Source of the DNA: a virus
Taxonomy: Duplodnaviria; Caudoviricetes
Direction: 5' to 3' (one strand)
DNA length: 64,000 nt
IMG/VR virus record: IMGVR_UViG_2775506835_000006
Location: 1-64,000 of that record
Shown: positions 40,110-51,630 of the stretch, piece after piece
How positions within the stretch are numbered: the stretch's first letter is position 1
Layout of the letters: the number at the start of each line of letters is the position of its first letter
The notes under the pieces: model-generated
The model's database searches: none
What the model saw: the letters and a program-made list of their open reading frames with translations, nothing else
Told to the model about the DNA's origin: nothing
Made by a program: the position numbers and the translations under genes

Positions 40110-43100
40110 GCAGTTTTTCCTCCGTCGTCGTATAGATATTCATTGAGTTCTATTACAATGCTCTCTAATTTATTATGAAACACTTTGTTTATCTTTGAAA
40201 AACCGCCCTGCGATTTGAAACGTCCGTCCTCGTCAAACACAGATATATTTAGAACAGATTCCTCCATTAGGTACTTTTCCATGCGACCAATCCAGCCCAT
40301 CTCCATTTTGGAAAAAGAGTGCGATTTTTTTAACCTGTCTACTGCGCGGCGAATGCGGGCTTCGTGGCTTAGAAGTGTGGAACCGATGGCATACCGGCGA
40401 ATCAAACTGATAATGTCCGCAGCAATTTCTTCGTTGGTAAGCTCAGAGAGCGCGGTATTCAGCTGCTGGGCAGTAAAGCCCTCCCGGTCTAATGAGAGCC
40501 GCAAAGTTTTAAGCGTGTCCCGTGTCAGCTCCTTAGGGCGGGTGCAGACGATGCTTAAAGCGGCAATCTCGTTCATGTTGTTTTTTACGTAGTCGGCAAA
40601 CGCATCCAGATAATCTTCTGGCTTGTTGCCTTTCCCATATCCGCGCTCATGGCTGATGAGGCGGTCTTCTTTGTCGGAAATCACTACGGGGCGGCGGCCA
40701 TTGGTGTGTATCTCATCCAATAGGGCAAAGAGCATGTCACCGTTTAAGAGGTGGGTTTTGGCATCTTCGGGGCTGCGTTCCAGCACGTCACCAATAAACT
40801 GTGTTGGGTCAAGCCCTCCGGACAAATCTATAAAGTGCTCCATTGCCTTTGCGTCCATATCGCGCTTTTTGCGCTGTATCTTGGCAAGTATCTGGTTGAT
40901 TTGATATTGGACCTGCTGTGGTTCCTACATCGTTTCCAGACCGTTCAGAAGTTGCTCAAAGGTAGCAGAGGGATTTACGACAACGGGTTTCATAGTATTC
41001 AGTTTGTCCAAGTCCTCATACACGCCCACCGCATCGTAAATCTCGAAATGGGTCTTATGTATATCCGGACAGAGACGGGTGGCACGCCCCAGCATCTGCT
41101 CGTACAGGATACGGGATTTTACCTTGCGCATAAACACAAGGCTTGTGATTTCCGGCACGTCGATACCGGTCGTCAATAAATCCACCGTCACAGCGATGCT
41201 GGGAAATCGTTCATTTTTAAAACGTTTGATTGCTTCCAGTACCTTTTTCTTGTTGCCGCCGCCCACACTGCCGGTGATTTTCATAATGGCGTCGTTATCG
41301 ACGCCGCGTTCAGTGTATAACTCTTTTAAGATCTTTACAATCAAATCCGCATGCTGGTCGTCCACGGCATAAATCAAGGTTTTACCTTGTTCCGGCGATT
41401 CAGGGTCGATATCTTGGGAAATTTCTTCCAGTATTGCTCGGTTAAACGGCTCGGTGATAACCTGTCGGTTAAATGTTTCTACATCAAACTGTAATTCGTC
41501 CTCAAGCGCATCGCTGTTGGTTATTTCACCTGTTACCGGATCGTAGATGGCCAATGTTTCGCCTTTGGTGTAGTGAATGCCATTTTTACTGAGGTCTGTT
41601 CCCAAAAGATGAGGCGCATCGTGATCCACCAAATAGCCTTCGATGACTGCTTCCCGGTAAGAATAGGTGAATACCGGACGGCCAAAAATCTCCGTTGTGT
41701 GCTTGGCAGGAGTTGCGGTAAGGGCGATCTTGACGGCATCAAAATAGTCAATTACCGTACGGTATTTACTGACATAATCCCGCTGGTCACGATACAAAAG
41801 TTCATCTTCACCCATTTCTTTATCCAATATGTAGCCACGGTGCGCTTCGTCAATGATAATTAGGTCATAATCCGTTACGGCGGGCATGCTTTCTTCATCG
41901 TTATACAGGAGGCGCTTGACCATTCCCTGTACGGTACTTATTTGAACGCGGGTTTCCGGATCTATGGATTTTTCATCCAGACCTTTAATGTTATATATGT
42001 CGTCCAGCGTCATCAATTCTTCCAGCTTAACTTCTTTGAAAACATCCTGCGCTTGTTCACCCAAGGCAGTTCGGTCGACCAAGAAAAGGATTCGACGGAA
42101 ACGCCCCGTTTTTAGGAAACGATAGATCATTCCTAAAATGGTTCTGGTTTTGCCGGTACCGGTTGCCATGGCGAGCAAAGCCGTGTTTTGTCCATCTATA
42201 ATTGCCTGTTCAACGGCACGGATTGCCTTTAGCTGGTATTCACGCAAATTCAGTCCGTCTTTATCACGCAATAAATCGTAGGGCGCTGCTTGGAGCGTTT
42301 GATTTGCGCTTGCAATGTCTTTTTTTAATAGTTCCATCATGCCGGAAGGGCTGATCCAGCCTTGCAACGCTCTGGGGGAATTTGACGGCTGACGCAGATC
42401 AAGAAACCATATACCGGACTTTGTTTCCAACTGCTTCAAATAGGGTCTGCCGTTGGTAGCAAATGTAAAGGGAACTTTGTAAGCTCCCCATGTGCCAATT
42501 AGATAATTTGTATCCTCTTCCCGGATGCAGCGGGGGTAATCCTTGCCTTGATAATCAATGACCGATGGAATGTCCTTGTGTTCGGCTTTGGCTTCAATGA
42601 TACCCACCAGTTTCGTGTCAATGAATAAGGCGTAATCGGCAAATCCCTTCGCTCCCAGTTTTGATTTTGTTGGCCACTCGGCAATGGCAAGGTTCCGCCC
42701 CTTCGTCGGGCGGGTCCCCTTGGAATAACGAAGATGGATTGTATCTGCCTCCCAGCCAACTTTCCGCAATTGTTCATCTATTAAATATCTTGTTTCGGCC
42801 TCTGATTTTTGCCGCTGGCTGGCAGCCTTGCTGGCGCGTGCCTTACGATCAGTTTGAGAAACCGACGGGGCAGAAGCCGCTTGCGCTTCGGCTTGTTTTA
42901 GCAGCAATTTTTCTTGCTCGTCTATGGTTTTGGTGTCCGGGAGATTTGTTTCCGGCGCTTGCCGCGGCAACGTAAAAGGCTGATTTTGATAATTCCAATC
43001 GCCGTAAGTTTGCATAAACCATTCGCAAAGGCTGTGCGCCATTTGCAACAGGGTCTTTCCGTCTTCGATAGACGCATAGTTTTCATGTACCGCACGGTTG

Positions 43101-43369
43101 CGTGCTTTTCGCAAAGCGTGAAGAACATCTATGATATCTCGTGTAAGTAAGCCTTCGTTACTTAAACGGTTAATGCGGGCAATGGCTGTATTTTCTGTAG
43201 GTAATGATATTTTATCGTAGGTGAACATAAGGTTTGCAATTGTTTCGCCTACCATTCCCAGCTTCATCAGGCAGGAATTAGGATCTGAATAAAGATAGGC
43301 TTCTGCTGTTTTCCCCAGCTGAGATAAAACTGGAAACTCCTGATCCATAAAGCTGAAATTACTTCCCAT
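40106..43369 (-). pseudogene. hsdR: Type I RM restriction subunit interrupted by in-frame TAG at 40927-40925
   Basis: ADY..EAK, ATGTGKT, DEAHR, QMLGRATR; ..ETM*EPQQ.. continues in frame into the 250-aa ORF (1087 codons in total). Confidence 0.9.
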
Positions 43370-43874
43370 CTTTTAATCCTCCTCTAAAAGATTGAATAAT
43401 CCATTTACTAGCTTTTAAGTATTGCATGAAATAACCCATATTTTCCCCAACGGGCGGCCCCTGAAATTTTTATGTACTCACGTGAAATCTGAACTTAGCA
43501 CATAGTAAGTTGCCATGGCTCTGTCAGTCCCTTTGCAGTAACATAATCCTAGAGATATCACCATATTCCACCATTTTCTTCATTATAATTCATTAATGCG
43601 AGCAATACAAGCAGAGTATGGAAAAGCTGTCAAAGACAAAACCTCGGTGGCCATTTGTAGCCTCAAGAGATTAATCAAATAGGGTGTTTTCTGCTACCAT
43701 AAATGTACCGAAAAACAATCCGATATCAAGCGATAAATGCGATTTAAAAAAATGATAAAATAATTGCTTATGATAAAAATATTTGGTATAGTTAATACAA
43801 AGATTATTTAAAGATTTACGTTTTAATGAGTAAGCATTTATTAAGTTATCTGGCAGGGAAATCAACAGAATGAG

Positions 43875-46800
43875 GTGGCAATTGTGGGGCAAGGGAAAGA
43901 GAATATTTATCTGCGCATAGAAATGATGACGGTGGTCAATTATGCACTGCAGCAAAATTCTGTGCCGGTAATCCAGGAAATTAAAATTGAAAACGCTACA
44001 AAACAAGACATTACTGATGTTACAATTCAGGTACAAAGCAGTCCAGCTATTGTATGTCCTTTTGCTTTAAATATAGCTGCGCTTTCAGCAGGAGAATCTT
44101 ATTCTATTAGGGAGCCTTCGCTTGTATTAGACGGCGCGTATTTAGCGGGATTAACAGAGCGTATCAACGTAATATTGCAAATTTTTGTAAAAAAAGAGTC
44201 AAATACTTTAGCTTCCTTTGAAAGGTCTCTGACAGTTCTGGCTTTTGACGAGTGGCCGGGAATAACGGTTCTCCCGGAACTCCTGACTGCATTTATCTTA
44301 CCAAACCATTCGGAAGTAGTACAAATAAATGCGAAAGCGGCAAAATTTTTGGAACAGTGGAGTGGAGATCCTTCCTTAGATGCATATCAGTCTCGCGACC
44401 CCAACCGAGCCCGGTTGCAGGCAGCCGCCATATACGGTGCTTTGCAGGCGCAAAATATTGTATATTCGGTTCCGCCAGCCAGTTTTGAAGCAATTGGCCA
44501 ACGTATACGATTATGCGATGCTGTTATGCAGCAAAAGATGGGGACCTGTATGGACTTAACGTTACTCTATGCCGCCTGTTTGGAGGCCGCTGGATTGCAT
44601 CCGTTGCTTCTATTGCAGCCGGGCCATATTTTTGCAGGCGTATGGTTGGAGGACTTAACGTTTCCGGAGGCAATACAGGATGATCCTTCTCTAATAACAA
44701 AGCGTTTGGCGGACGGTGTCAACGAAATTGCTGTTGTGGAATGTACCGCGTTTACAGCTGGCAAAGGGTTAAGCTTTGAACAGGCATCTTCTGCTGCGGA
44801 ACAGAAACTGACGGGAGGGTCGTTGGACTGCCTGATTGATGTTTTTCGTGCAAGATTAAGTGGAATTCACCCTCTACCTTTGCGCGTTTTGGATGGAAAT
44901 CAATGGACGATTGCTCGTGATGAAGTAGATATTGAAAAGATTACAAAGGCTCCTGCGTCAAAGATCGAAACCGTTCGCGTTTTGGAAGGCCATCCAGAGA
45001 ATGCTGGAAAAATGGCGCAGTGGGAACGAAAATTGCTTGACTTAGGAATGCGGAATACATTGCTAAATCTCCGTCTTACGCGAACGGTTATTCCAATTCT
45101 GTCTCCGTCTCTCCGCGATTTAGTGGAGGCACTGGTGGATCGAGGCGAATTTGGTATTGCGTCGCGTCCGGATGAATGGTCTGTCCGTGAGGAAGATCAA
45201 AAGGATCCGGAAAAGCTCGTGTGTACAAGCAATATACATCATTTAATTAAGTGTGAATTTCATAATATGCGATTGCGTACGTCTCTCAGCGAAGGGGAAT
45301 TGGCCCGGTCTGTCATCCATTTATACCGTTCCGCTAGAACCGCTTTGGAGGAAAACGGGGCAAATACGCTGTATTTAGCCATAGGTTTGCTGCGATGGTA
45401 TGAAACGAAAACAAGTCAAACAGCGAGATATGCGCCGGTCGTGTTGTTGCCAGTGGAGATTGTCCGGAAATCTGCCTTGAAAGGCTATGTAATCCGCTCC
45501 CGAAGTGATGAGGAACCACAGATAAACGTTACACTTTTGGAGAAGCTCAAACAAGATTTTGAAATTACCATTAGCGGGTTGGACCCATTGCCGCAGGATG
45601 AAAACGGCTTAGATATTCGGCTTATTTTGGTCAGGATGCGTAGGGCAATTATGGATCAACGCGGATGGGATGTTCTGGAAACAGCAGTTCTTGGAGTTTT
45701 CTCTTTTTCCCAGTTTGTAATGTGGAATGATATACGTAATCGTGCGGAAGATTTGCAAAAAAATAGACTTGTGCGCAGTTTAATGGATGGAAAACTGGCG
45801 TGGATGCCACCGGCAATGCAATTGGGAGCATGCGTTCCGGAAGAAGGTGTTTTGTTGCCTATTCCAGCGGATGCATCCCAGCTTTATGCTATCGAAGCGG
45901 CGGCCCGTGGAGAGAGTTTTGTATTGCATGGCCCGCCAGGCACAGGCAAATCCCAGACAATTACGGCCATGATAGCCAATGCGGTTGCACAGGGTAAGAC
46001 GGTTCTTTTTGTTGCAGAAAAAATGGCGGCTCTATCGGTTGTACAGCGCCGGTTAGAAGAAATAGGCATTGGACCGTTTTGCTTGGAATTACATTCTAAT
46101 AAGTCTCAAAAGCATGCTGTATTGGAGCAACTGCGTATGGCAACAGAAATCGCCAATCGAAATGAATCCGCGAACTATAAAGAACAAGCGGAGCAAGCAG
46201 CGCAAATGCGTAAGGAGTTGGATGCGTACGCGCGTTCTCTACATCAAAAGAGAGCGTCGGGCCTATCTCTTTTTGAGATGATCAGTGGCTATGAAAAATG
46301 CCGGCTTGCGCCGGATACCGTTCATTTCTCCGATGAATTTGCCTTTTCAGCTAATTGCTCTGTGTTGGCTAAGTATAAACTGTTGATTGGTCAGCTTATC
46401 GCTGCTGGCAAGGCGATTGGACATCCATATGGAAACCCGTTGCGTTTGATTCCTTTATCCGTTTATACGCAGCAGTTGCACTTCGGTTTGCCTAACGCGC
46501 TGATTTCTTACCGATCTGCTTTAGAGCAGCTTGAAGAGGCAGGGACGCAGTTTTCAGAAGCTTTGGATCGGAAGGTACCGGATAGTTTGGAAGAGTGGAA
46601 ACAACTTTATCAGATAGCCGAAGCGTTAATGAAATGGATTTTCATTCCAAGAGCTTGGGCAAAGGATGAAACCTTTTCTTATTCCATGCAGAAGATGAGA
46701 GAAATGTCACGGCATTACCAAAAGGCACGCGAACTTTCCGATGATTTAAACGGTTCGTGGAACAAAGAGTTTTTAAAACAAGATGGCGAAGCTTTACTTA

Positions 46801-49667
46801 CACAATGGCGGCAAATTTCTAGTCAATGGTTTTTAACAAAGGCGTTAGGTCAAAACAAAATAGAGAGTCAACTTTCGCCGTTTGCCCGCAGAATTGTAAA
46901 TAAAACGTTGTTGGAACGGGACCTAGAACGATTGGTCAATTATCAAAAGGAGCAGTCTGCTGCCAATGAGTTGTTTACGTTCTATAAAGAGTATTTGGAG
47001 CCAGTTTTTAAGGGCGAAGATACGGACTGGAAACAACTCGAAACACAAATTGAACAGGCATTGCACGATGCGTCTGAGTTAGCTGAATTGACTGGTGGAG
47101 AGGAAATGCGTCTCCGTTTTGCTGCCCGAAAAGAACTTCAGGGCACAATCGGGCAAATGATAGAATCTTATTCTGTTATGCAAGACGCCAAATCCTCGCT
47201 GTACTCCCTGCTGGAGGTATATGACGGAGAATGGGGGCCAGCTGATTGGTTACATGGGCAATTGCAATTTTGTAATCAGATGGAAAAACATATTGAGATG
47301 CTGCGTGATTGGATTTTATGGAATCGCACCTGCCAGGAAATAGAAAAAGAGGGACTTGGACCGTTGGTGAGAGCTTATGAAAATGGGCTGGAACATGAAA
47401 ATGTTGAAAGTGCTTGTTTTCGAGGCATTTATAAAGCGTTAATTGAGCATACCATTGACGAGGATCCTGCACTGTTGCGGTTTTCCGGCGCGATGTTCAA
47501 TGAAAAGATTCAGCAATTTAAACAAATGGATCAAAAATTGCAGAAATTGGCGAAGGTTGAAATATACAACCAATTGACAGCCAAGATGCCTCATTTTGAG
47601 CTGGAGGCAGTGCAAAGTTCGGAAGTGGGTATACTGCAAAGAGCCATTCGCAGTGGTGGCCGAGGAATCAGTATCCGACGGTTGTTTGAACAAATTCCTG
47701 AACTTTTGACTAGATTGTGTCCCTGCATGCTTATGAGTCCTATTTCAGCGGCGCAATACTTGAATCCGAAATGTAAGCCTTTTGATATTGTGGTGTTTGA
47801 CGAAGCTTCTCAAATGCCAACTTGCAAAGCAGTAGGAGCGATCGCCAGGGGGAAGAGTGCGGTGATTGTGGGTGATCCCAAACAGATGCCACCGACCAGT
47901 TTTTTCTCCGGCAATACAGTAGATGAAGATAATTTACAGCAAGAAGATTTGGAAAGCATTCTGGATGATTGCCTGGCGATCCAATTGCCGCAGGCGTATT
48001 TGCTCTGGCACTATCGAAGCCATCATGAAAGCCTGATCTCTTTTAGTAATAGTCAATTTTATGAGAACAAACTTTATACGTTTCCATCGGCGGATGATTT
48101 GGCATCCAAAGTTTCGTTAGTGCATGTAGAAGGCTTTTTTGATCGGGGAAAAACAAGACAAAATAAAGCAGAAGCGAAAGCGGTCATCCATGAGTTACAA
48201 AGGCGTTGCCACAATCCAGTTTTTGCAAACCAGAGTGTGGGCGTTGTAACGTTTAATATAACACAACAGAGTCTGATCGAAGATCTTTTGACAGATGCTT
48301 GTAAAGAAGATGCGGATTTAGAAGATTGGGCATACAACCGGCCTGAGCCACTGTTTATAAAAAATCTGGAGAATGTACAGGGTGATGAGCGGGACGTTGT
48401 ATTGTTTTCTGTGGGATATGGTCCTGATGAGCAAGGCCGTATTACTATGAATTTTGGACCGCTCAATCGGGACGGCGGTTGGTGCAGGTTAAACGTAGCT
48501 GTTTCCCGAGCGCGGGAAGAAATGATAGTGTTTTCTACTATCACTGCGGAGCAGATCAATTTATCCAGGTGCGGCGGGGCAGGTGTAGCTGCCTTAAAAG
48601 CATTTTTAAGGTATGCCAACGGTGAGCGAATCGCGGAACAAAAAGAGACAGGACAGGAGCATACGATTCGTAATGGGATTGCGGACATGCTTTGTTGTAA
48701 GCTGACCGATGAGGGATATGAAACCCGGACAATGATTGGCCGTTCCGACTTTCGGATAGATGTAGGTGTTGTGGATCCAAGTCAGCCGAAACAATATTTG
48801 CTGGGTATTTTGTTAGACGGCCCTATGTACGGCGCAGCTAAAACAACGCGTGACCGTGAAATTGCTCGAGCGGATGTATTAAAAAAGCTGGGGTGGGAGC
48901 TTCATCGCATTTGGTCAATAGATTGGTGGATCAACAGTCAAAAAGAATTTGATCGTTTACTGGAACATATAAAGCAAACCGTTGAGAGTCGTAAAAAGCT
49001 CCAAGCGGATCCAGAGTACAACCTGTCCGTTAAATCAAGTAAGCGCTTGGTGGCAGATAGCTGCGCGCAGTATGCACCATGTGTCCAGGAATCATGTATT
49101 TTACTTTATGAAGCCGCCTCGTTGGCGAAAGAGACGCTCTCTTCCGACGCTTTTTTATTGCCGCAGTATGATAATCGAATTAAAGAGGCGTTTGAACAAG
49201 TCCTGAGTGTAGAGGCTCCTATTAGAGAAAGTTTACTAATCCGGCGCGTTCTGCAAAGTTTTGGATTTGGAAGGACTGGCGCCCGGCTGCAGGAACGGGC
49301 AGAGATTTTGTTGAAGCAGATGGGTCTTTCCTATACAATGCAGCGAGGCGAAAAATTTTACTGGCGCAATGACCAGAACCCCGATACATATTCAGAATTC
49401 CGTCAATCTGGTATAGGAAATCACAAGCGAGACGCGCAGGATCTACCTGTAGAAGAAGTGTCGAATGCGGTTTGCAGGGTTTTGCAGGATAAGGTTGGTC
49501 TGCAAAAAGAGGACCTTATTCGTGAAACTGCAAGGCTGCTAGGCTATGCGAGATCGGGTAATGTTGTCGTTGAAGTTGTGACCTACGGAATAAAACATGC
49601 CTTAAAGACAAGTAAAATACTTGTAGACGACACAGCCCATTTGTATAACTTAAAACAAAATAGATAA
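43875..49667 (+). CDS. DUF4011 / SF1 helicase / Vsr-like nuclease / DUF3320 protein (Hhe-like anti-phage)
   Basis: WERKLLDL..RN.LLN, GPPGTGKS, DEASQ, VQGDERD, RLNVAVSRAR, RIWS.DWW. Confidence 0.85.
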   Translation: MAIVGQGKENIYLRIEMMTVVNYALQQNSVPVIQEIKIENATKQDITDVTIQVQSSPAIVCPFALNIAALSAGESYSIREPSLVLDGAYLAGLTERINVILQIFVKKESNTLASFERSLTVLAFDEWPGITVLPELLTAFILPNHSEVVQINAKAAKFLEQWSGDPSLDAYQSRDPNRARLQAAAIYGALQAQNIVYSVPPASFEAIGQRIRLCDAVMQQKMGTCMDLTLLYAACLEAAGLHPLLLLQPGHIFAGVWLEDLTFPEAIQDDPSLITKRLADGVNEIAVVECTAFTAGKGLSFEQASSAAEQKLTGGSLDCLIDVFRARLSGIHPLPLRVLDGNQWTIARDEVDIEKITKAPASKIETVRVLEGHPENAGKMAQWERKLLDLGMRNTLLNLRLTRTVIPILSPSLRDLVEALVDRGEFGIASRPDEWSVREEDQKDPEKLVCTSNIHHLIKCEFHNMRLRTSLSEGELARSVIHLYRSARTALEENGANTLYLAIGLLRWYETKTSQTARYAPVVLLPVEIVRKSALKGYVIRSRSDEEPQINVTLLEKLKQDFEITISGLDPLPQDENGLDIRLILVRMRRAIMDQRGWDVLETAVLGVFSFSQFVMWNDIRNRAEDLQKNRLVRSLMDGKLAWMPPAMQLGACVPEEGVLLPIPADASQLYAIEAAARGESFVLHGPPGTGKSQTITAMIANAVAQGKTVLFVAEKMAALSVVQRRLEEIGIGPFCLELHSNKSQKHAVLEQLRMATEIANRNESANYKEQAEQAAQMRKELDAYARSLHQKRASGLSLFEMISGYEKCRLAPDTVHFSDEFAFSANCSVLAKYKLLIGQLIAAGKAIGHPYGNPLRLIPLSVYTQQLHFGLPNALISYRSALEQLEEAGTQFSEALDRKVPDSLEEWKQLYQIAEALMKWIFIPRAWAKDETFSYSMQKMREMSRHYQKARELSDDLNGSWNKEFLKQDGEALLTQWRQISSQWFLTKALGQNKIESQLSPFARRIVNKTLLERDLERLVNYQKEQSAANELFTFYKEYLEPVFKGEDTDWKQLETQIEQALHDASELAELTGGEEMRLRFAARKELQGTIGQMIESYSVMQDAKSSLYSLLEVYDGEWGPADWLHGQLQFCNQMEKHIEMLRDWILWNRTCQEIEKEGLGPLVRAYENGLEHENVESACFRGIYKALIEHTIDEDPALLRFSGAMFNEKIQQFKQMDQKLQKLAKVEIYNQLTAKMPHFELEAVQSSEVGILQRAIRSGGRGISIRRLFEQIPELLTRLCPCMLMSPISAAQYLNPKCKPFDIVVFDEASQMPTCKAVGAIARGKSAVIVGDPKQMPPTSFFSGNTVDEDNLQQEDLESILDDCLAIQLPQAYLLWHYRSHHESLISFSNSQFYENKLYTFPSADDLASKVSLVHVEGFFDRGKTRQNKAEAKAVIHELQRRCHNPVFANQSVGVVTFNITQQSLIEDLLTDACKEDADLEDWAYNRPEPLFIKNLENVQGDERDVVLFSVGYGPDEQGRITMNFGPLNRDGGWCRLNVAVSRAREEMIVFSTITAEQINLSRCGGAGVAALKAFLRYANGERIAEQKETGQEHTIRNGIADMLCCKLTDEGYETRTMIGRSDFRIDVGVVDPSQPKQYLLGILLDGPMYGAAKTTRDREIARADVLKKLGWELHRIWSIDWWINSQKEFDRLLEHIKQTVESRKKLQADPEYNLSVKSSKRLVADSCAQYAPCVQESCILLYEAASLAKETLSSDAFLLPQYDNRIKEAFEQVLSVEAPIRESLLIRRVLQSFGFGRTGARLQERAEILLKQMGLSYTMQRGEKFYWRNDQNPDTYSEFRQSGIGNHKRDAQDLPVEEVSNAVCRVLQDKVGLQKEDLIRETARLLGYARSGNVVVEVVTYGIKHALKTSKILVDDTAHLYNLKQNR

Positions 49668-49745
49668 TTATCTTGCAGTTCGTTCTCACTTTATTCTTTA
49701 TCTTTTACTGAAGATATTGCATAGGGCCTACATTGAATCATCATT

Positions 49746-49848
49746 CTAAGGAAGTAAGCCGGTCAACTGGCACAAGGATTCAAATCCCTTTACCCTCCGA
49801 CAAAAGCCGCATGGTTAAGCCGTTTTCGGACAACCATGCGACTTTTTT
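49746..49848 (+). repeat. Degenerate att relic (tRNA-Ser 3' end plus terminator)
   Basis: Mismatched copy of 50173-50276. Confidence 0.8.
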
Positions 49849-50106
49849 ATTGCTTTCAGGCAGGTTCAACAAAAACAGCGCGAAGCTATCCGGAAATGGA
49901 TAGTTGCGCCACGATTGACAGATTCCAGTTTCGGGTGCAAAATATTTTATAATGTAAAGAAAATCTAATCGAACTCATCTAAAATATCGAGGAGTTCAGA
50001 ACCATGCAGTGATGGGGAGAAGATCGTCGGGAAGCTTCTGAGCGAGTGTAATGGCAAAAATAAAAGCGCAGCTATTCATTGCGGACGGCTGTATTAAAAT
50101 TTTAGC

Positions 50107-50127
50107 CATTCCCACTCTATTCCCACT
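50107..50127 (+). repeat. Putative integrase arm sites (left of core)
   Basis: ATTCCCACT x2 with 11-bp period. Confidence 0.55.
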
Positions 50128-50166
50128 TTATGTTCAAAGTATTGCATAAAGCCACAAAATAAATCA

Positions 50167-50228
50167 CCCCTGCTAAGGGAGTAGGTCGGGCAACTGGCGC
50201 AAGGGTTCAAATCCCTTCTTCTCCGCCA
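50167..50228 (+). other. att core: 3' portion of tRNA-Ser(GCT), not a complete tRNA
   Basis: CCC-CTGCTAA-GGGAG, long variable arm, GGTTCAAATCC, CTCCGCCA; 5' acceptor strand and D-arm absent. Confidence 0.9.
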
Positions 50229-50276
50229 AAAGCCGCATGGTTAAGCCGTTTTTCGGACAACCATGCGGCTTTTTTG
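50228..50276. terminator. Terminator after att / end of int2
   Basis: AAAAGCCGCATGGTT..AACCATGCGGCTTTTTT. Confidence 0.85.
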
Positions 50277-50325
50277 TTATGCAAAAGTACGCGGTTTGTG
50301 GCACTGCCGCGTGCAAAAAATGAAG

Positions 50326-50347
50326 CTATTACACACCTATTACACAC
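50326..50347 (+). repeat. Putative integrase arm sites (right of core)
   Basis: CTATTACACAC x2 tandem. Confidence 0.6.
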
Positions 50348-50352
50348 AGGAT

Positions 50353-51467
50353 TTAAAGCTGATCCACAGCTTTTAAGAGTTCTTCCAAAGGAGTATGAAT
50401 GTAGTTCTCGTAGGTGGTTTCAAAATCAGCGTGCCCGCCCGCTTCTGCAATCACCGCTGGGGCAATGGTGCTCTTGCTTGCGAGGCGCGTGAAATAGGTA
50501 TGCCGGCAAGTGTAGGGAACAAGGTGCCGGACGCCTACACGCTCTACAGTCTCCCAATAGGCAGCATAGAAATTGTCTTCATTCATTTCAAGTAGCTTGC
50601 GGCGTCGGGAATGCATGAGTTCCCGGATGATGGGGACGATCTTTGTGGCGATCGGGATTCTTCGGTTTGTGCCTGCTTCGGTTTTGTTTCCTCCGATCAT
50701 ATACCGTTCATCCAGATAAATGTTTTTTAAAAGGATGTCGAAGAGTTCTCCCGGGCGCATACCGGTATATAGAAGAATCAGTATGTATCCGGTAAAAGGG
50801 TGCAGCCTCTGGCCGATGTCGTTGAGCTCATTAAAGTCTTTCCAAAAACGCTGCACTTCCAGATCGTCAAACGCTTCTCGCTGTTTCTTTTTTAACTCAG
50901 GAAGTTCCAGATTCTCTGTTTTATTATAGGTGCAGATTTCTTTTTTCATCGCCAGTTTGTACAGGTGCGAAAGCATGTCTCGCATATCCCTGGCGGGGTA
51001 ATAGGTATTCGTCATTCTATTGATAACGGTTTGCATATCATCCACACCGGTTTCGGAAATTGGCTTCCGATGCAGGGCGGCCAGTCGCTTCCAGGCATAC
51101 CCAAGCTTGTCCTTCTGCGATTTGCTGAGCTTTTGGTATTTGCGCGATTCCAGAAACTCGTTGTGCAATTGTTCAAAGGTGATACCTGCTTTGTCGCTTG
51201 TGCCCGCCAAAGTAGGGAGGTAGTCCACCGCATCCTTTTTCCTTTCAAAGGTTTTGGTGGCCTTCTTCCGATGAAGATTTCCGTCGTCTCCTATGTAGTA
51301 GTAAAGCGTGACTTCGGCAACGTACTTCTTACCGCGCTGATATACGGTTCCGGTACCGTTCCCCCTGGACTTAGGTTTGCGCTCCCTGGCAGCGAGACCC
51401 CGCAGTAAAGGCAATATGCAGAACTGTCGGGAATCTCCTTTCCGCATTTTTTGTTTTTACAAATCAC
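50353..51467 (-). pseudogene. int: Tyrosine integrase 2, frameshifted near 51392
   Basis: AAGGAGG+GTG at 51467 opens VICKNKKC..CLYCGVS; homology to int1 resumes (KPKSRGNGTG) in another frame. Confidence 0.85.
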
Positions 51468-51506
51468 GTTGTACCTCCTTGGAAAAGGGCGCAAAAAAGC
51501 AGCCCC

Positions 51507-51630
51507 TTGATTCAAAGGGCTGTGCATGGTACAATATGACTGCGAAATCTTATCGTACCGGCAGCCCGATCGGGTTTGTTGGTCAGCCGCTTCATCCTGT
51601 TGGCGCAGGGTGGGGCGGCTTTTTTATTTT
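51507..51630 (+). ncRNA. Putative antisense sRNA cassette upstream of int2 (promoter included)
   Basis: TTGATT-N17-(TGG)TACAAT, GCGAAAT..ATCGTAC, two hairpins, T-run. Confidence 0.55.

Larger units (their letters stand above)
1..50228. mobile_element. Prophage 1 (lambda-like head, contractile tail) plus defence cargo; left att outside window
   Basis: Canonical order int-immunity-early-packaging-head-tail-lysis, ending at a tRNA-Ser 3' duplication. Whether 36.5-49.7 kb belongs to the phage is inferred. Confidence 0.85.

Noticed and set aside
40925-40927. Genome-wide TAG recoding
   Set aside because: TAG ends several well-bounded genes (6078, 30414, 32102).
50167-50228. Functional tRNA-Ser gene
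   Set aside because: 5' acceptor strand and D-arm are missing; it is an att duplication.
51421-51467. Programmed frameshift at the A-runs near the int2 start
   Set aside because: Homology to int1 continues in the original frame through CLYCG, so the break lies downstream of the A-runs.
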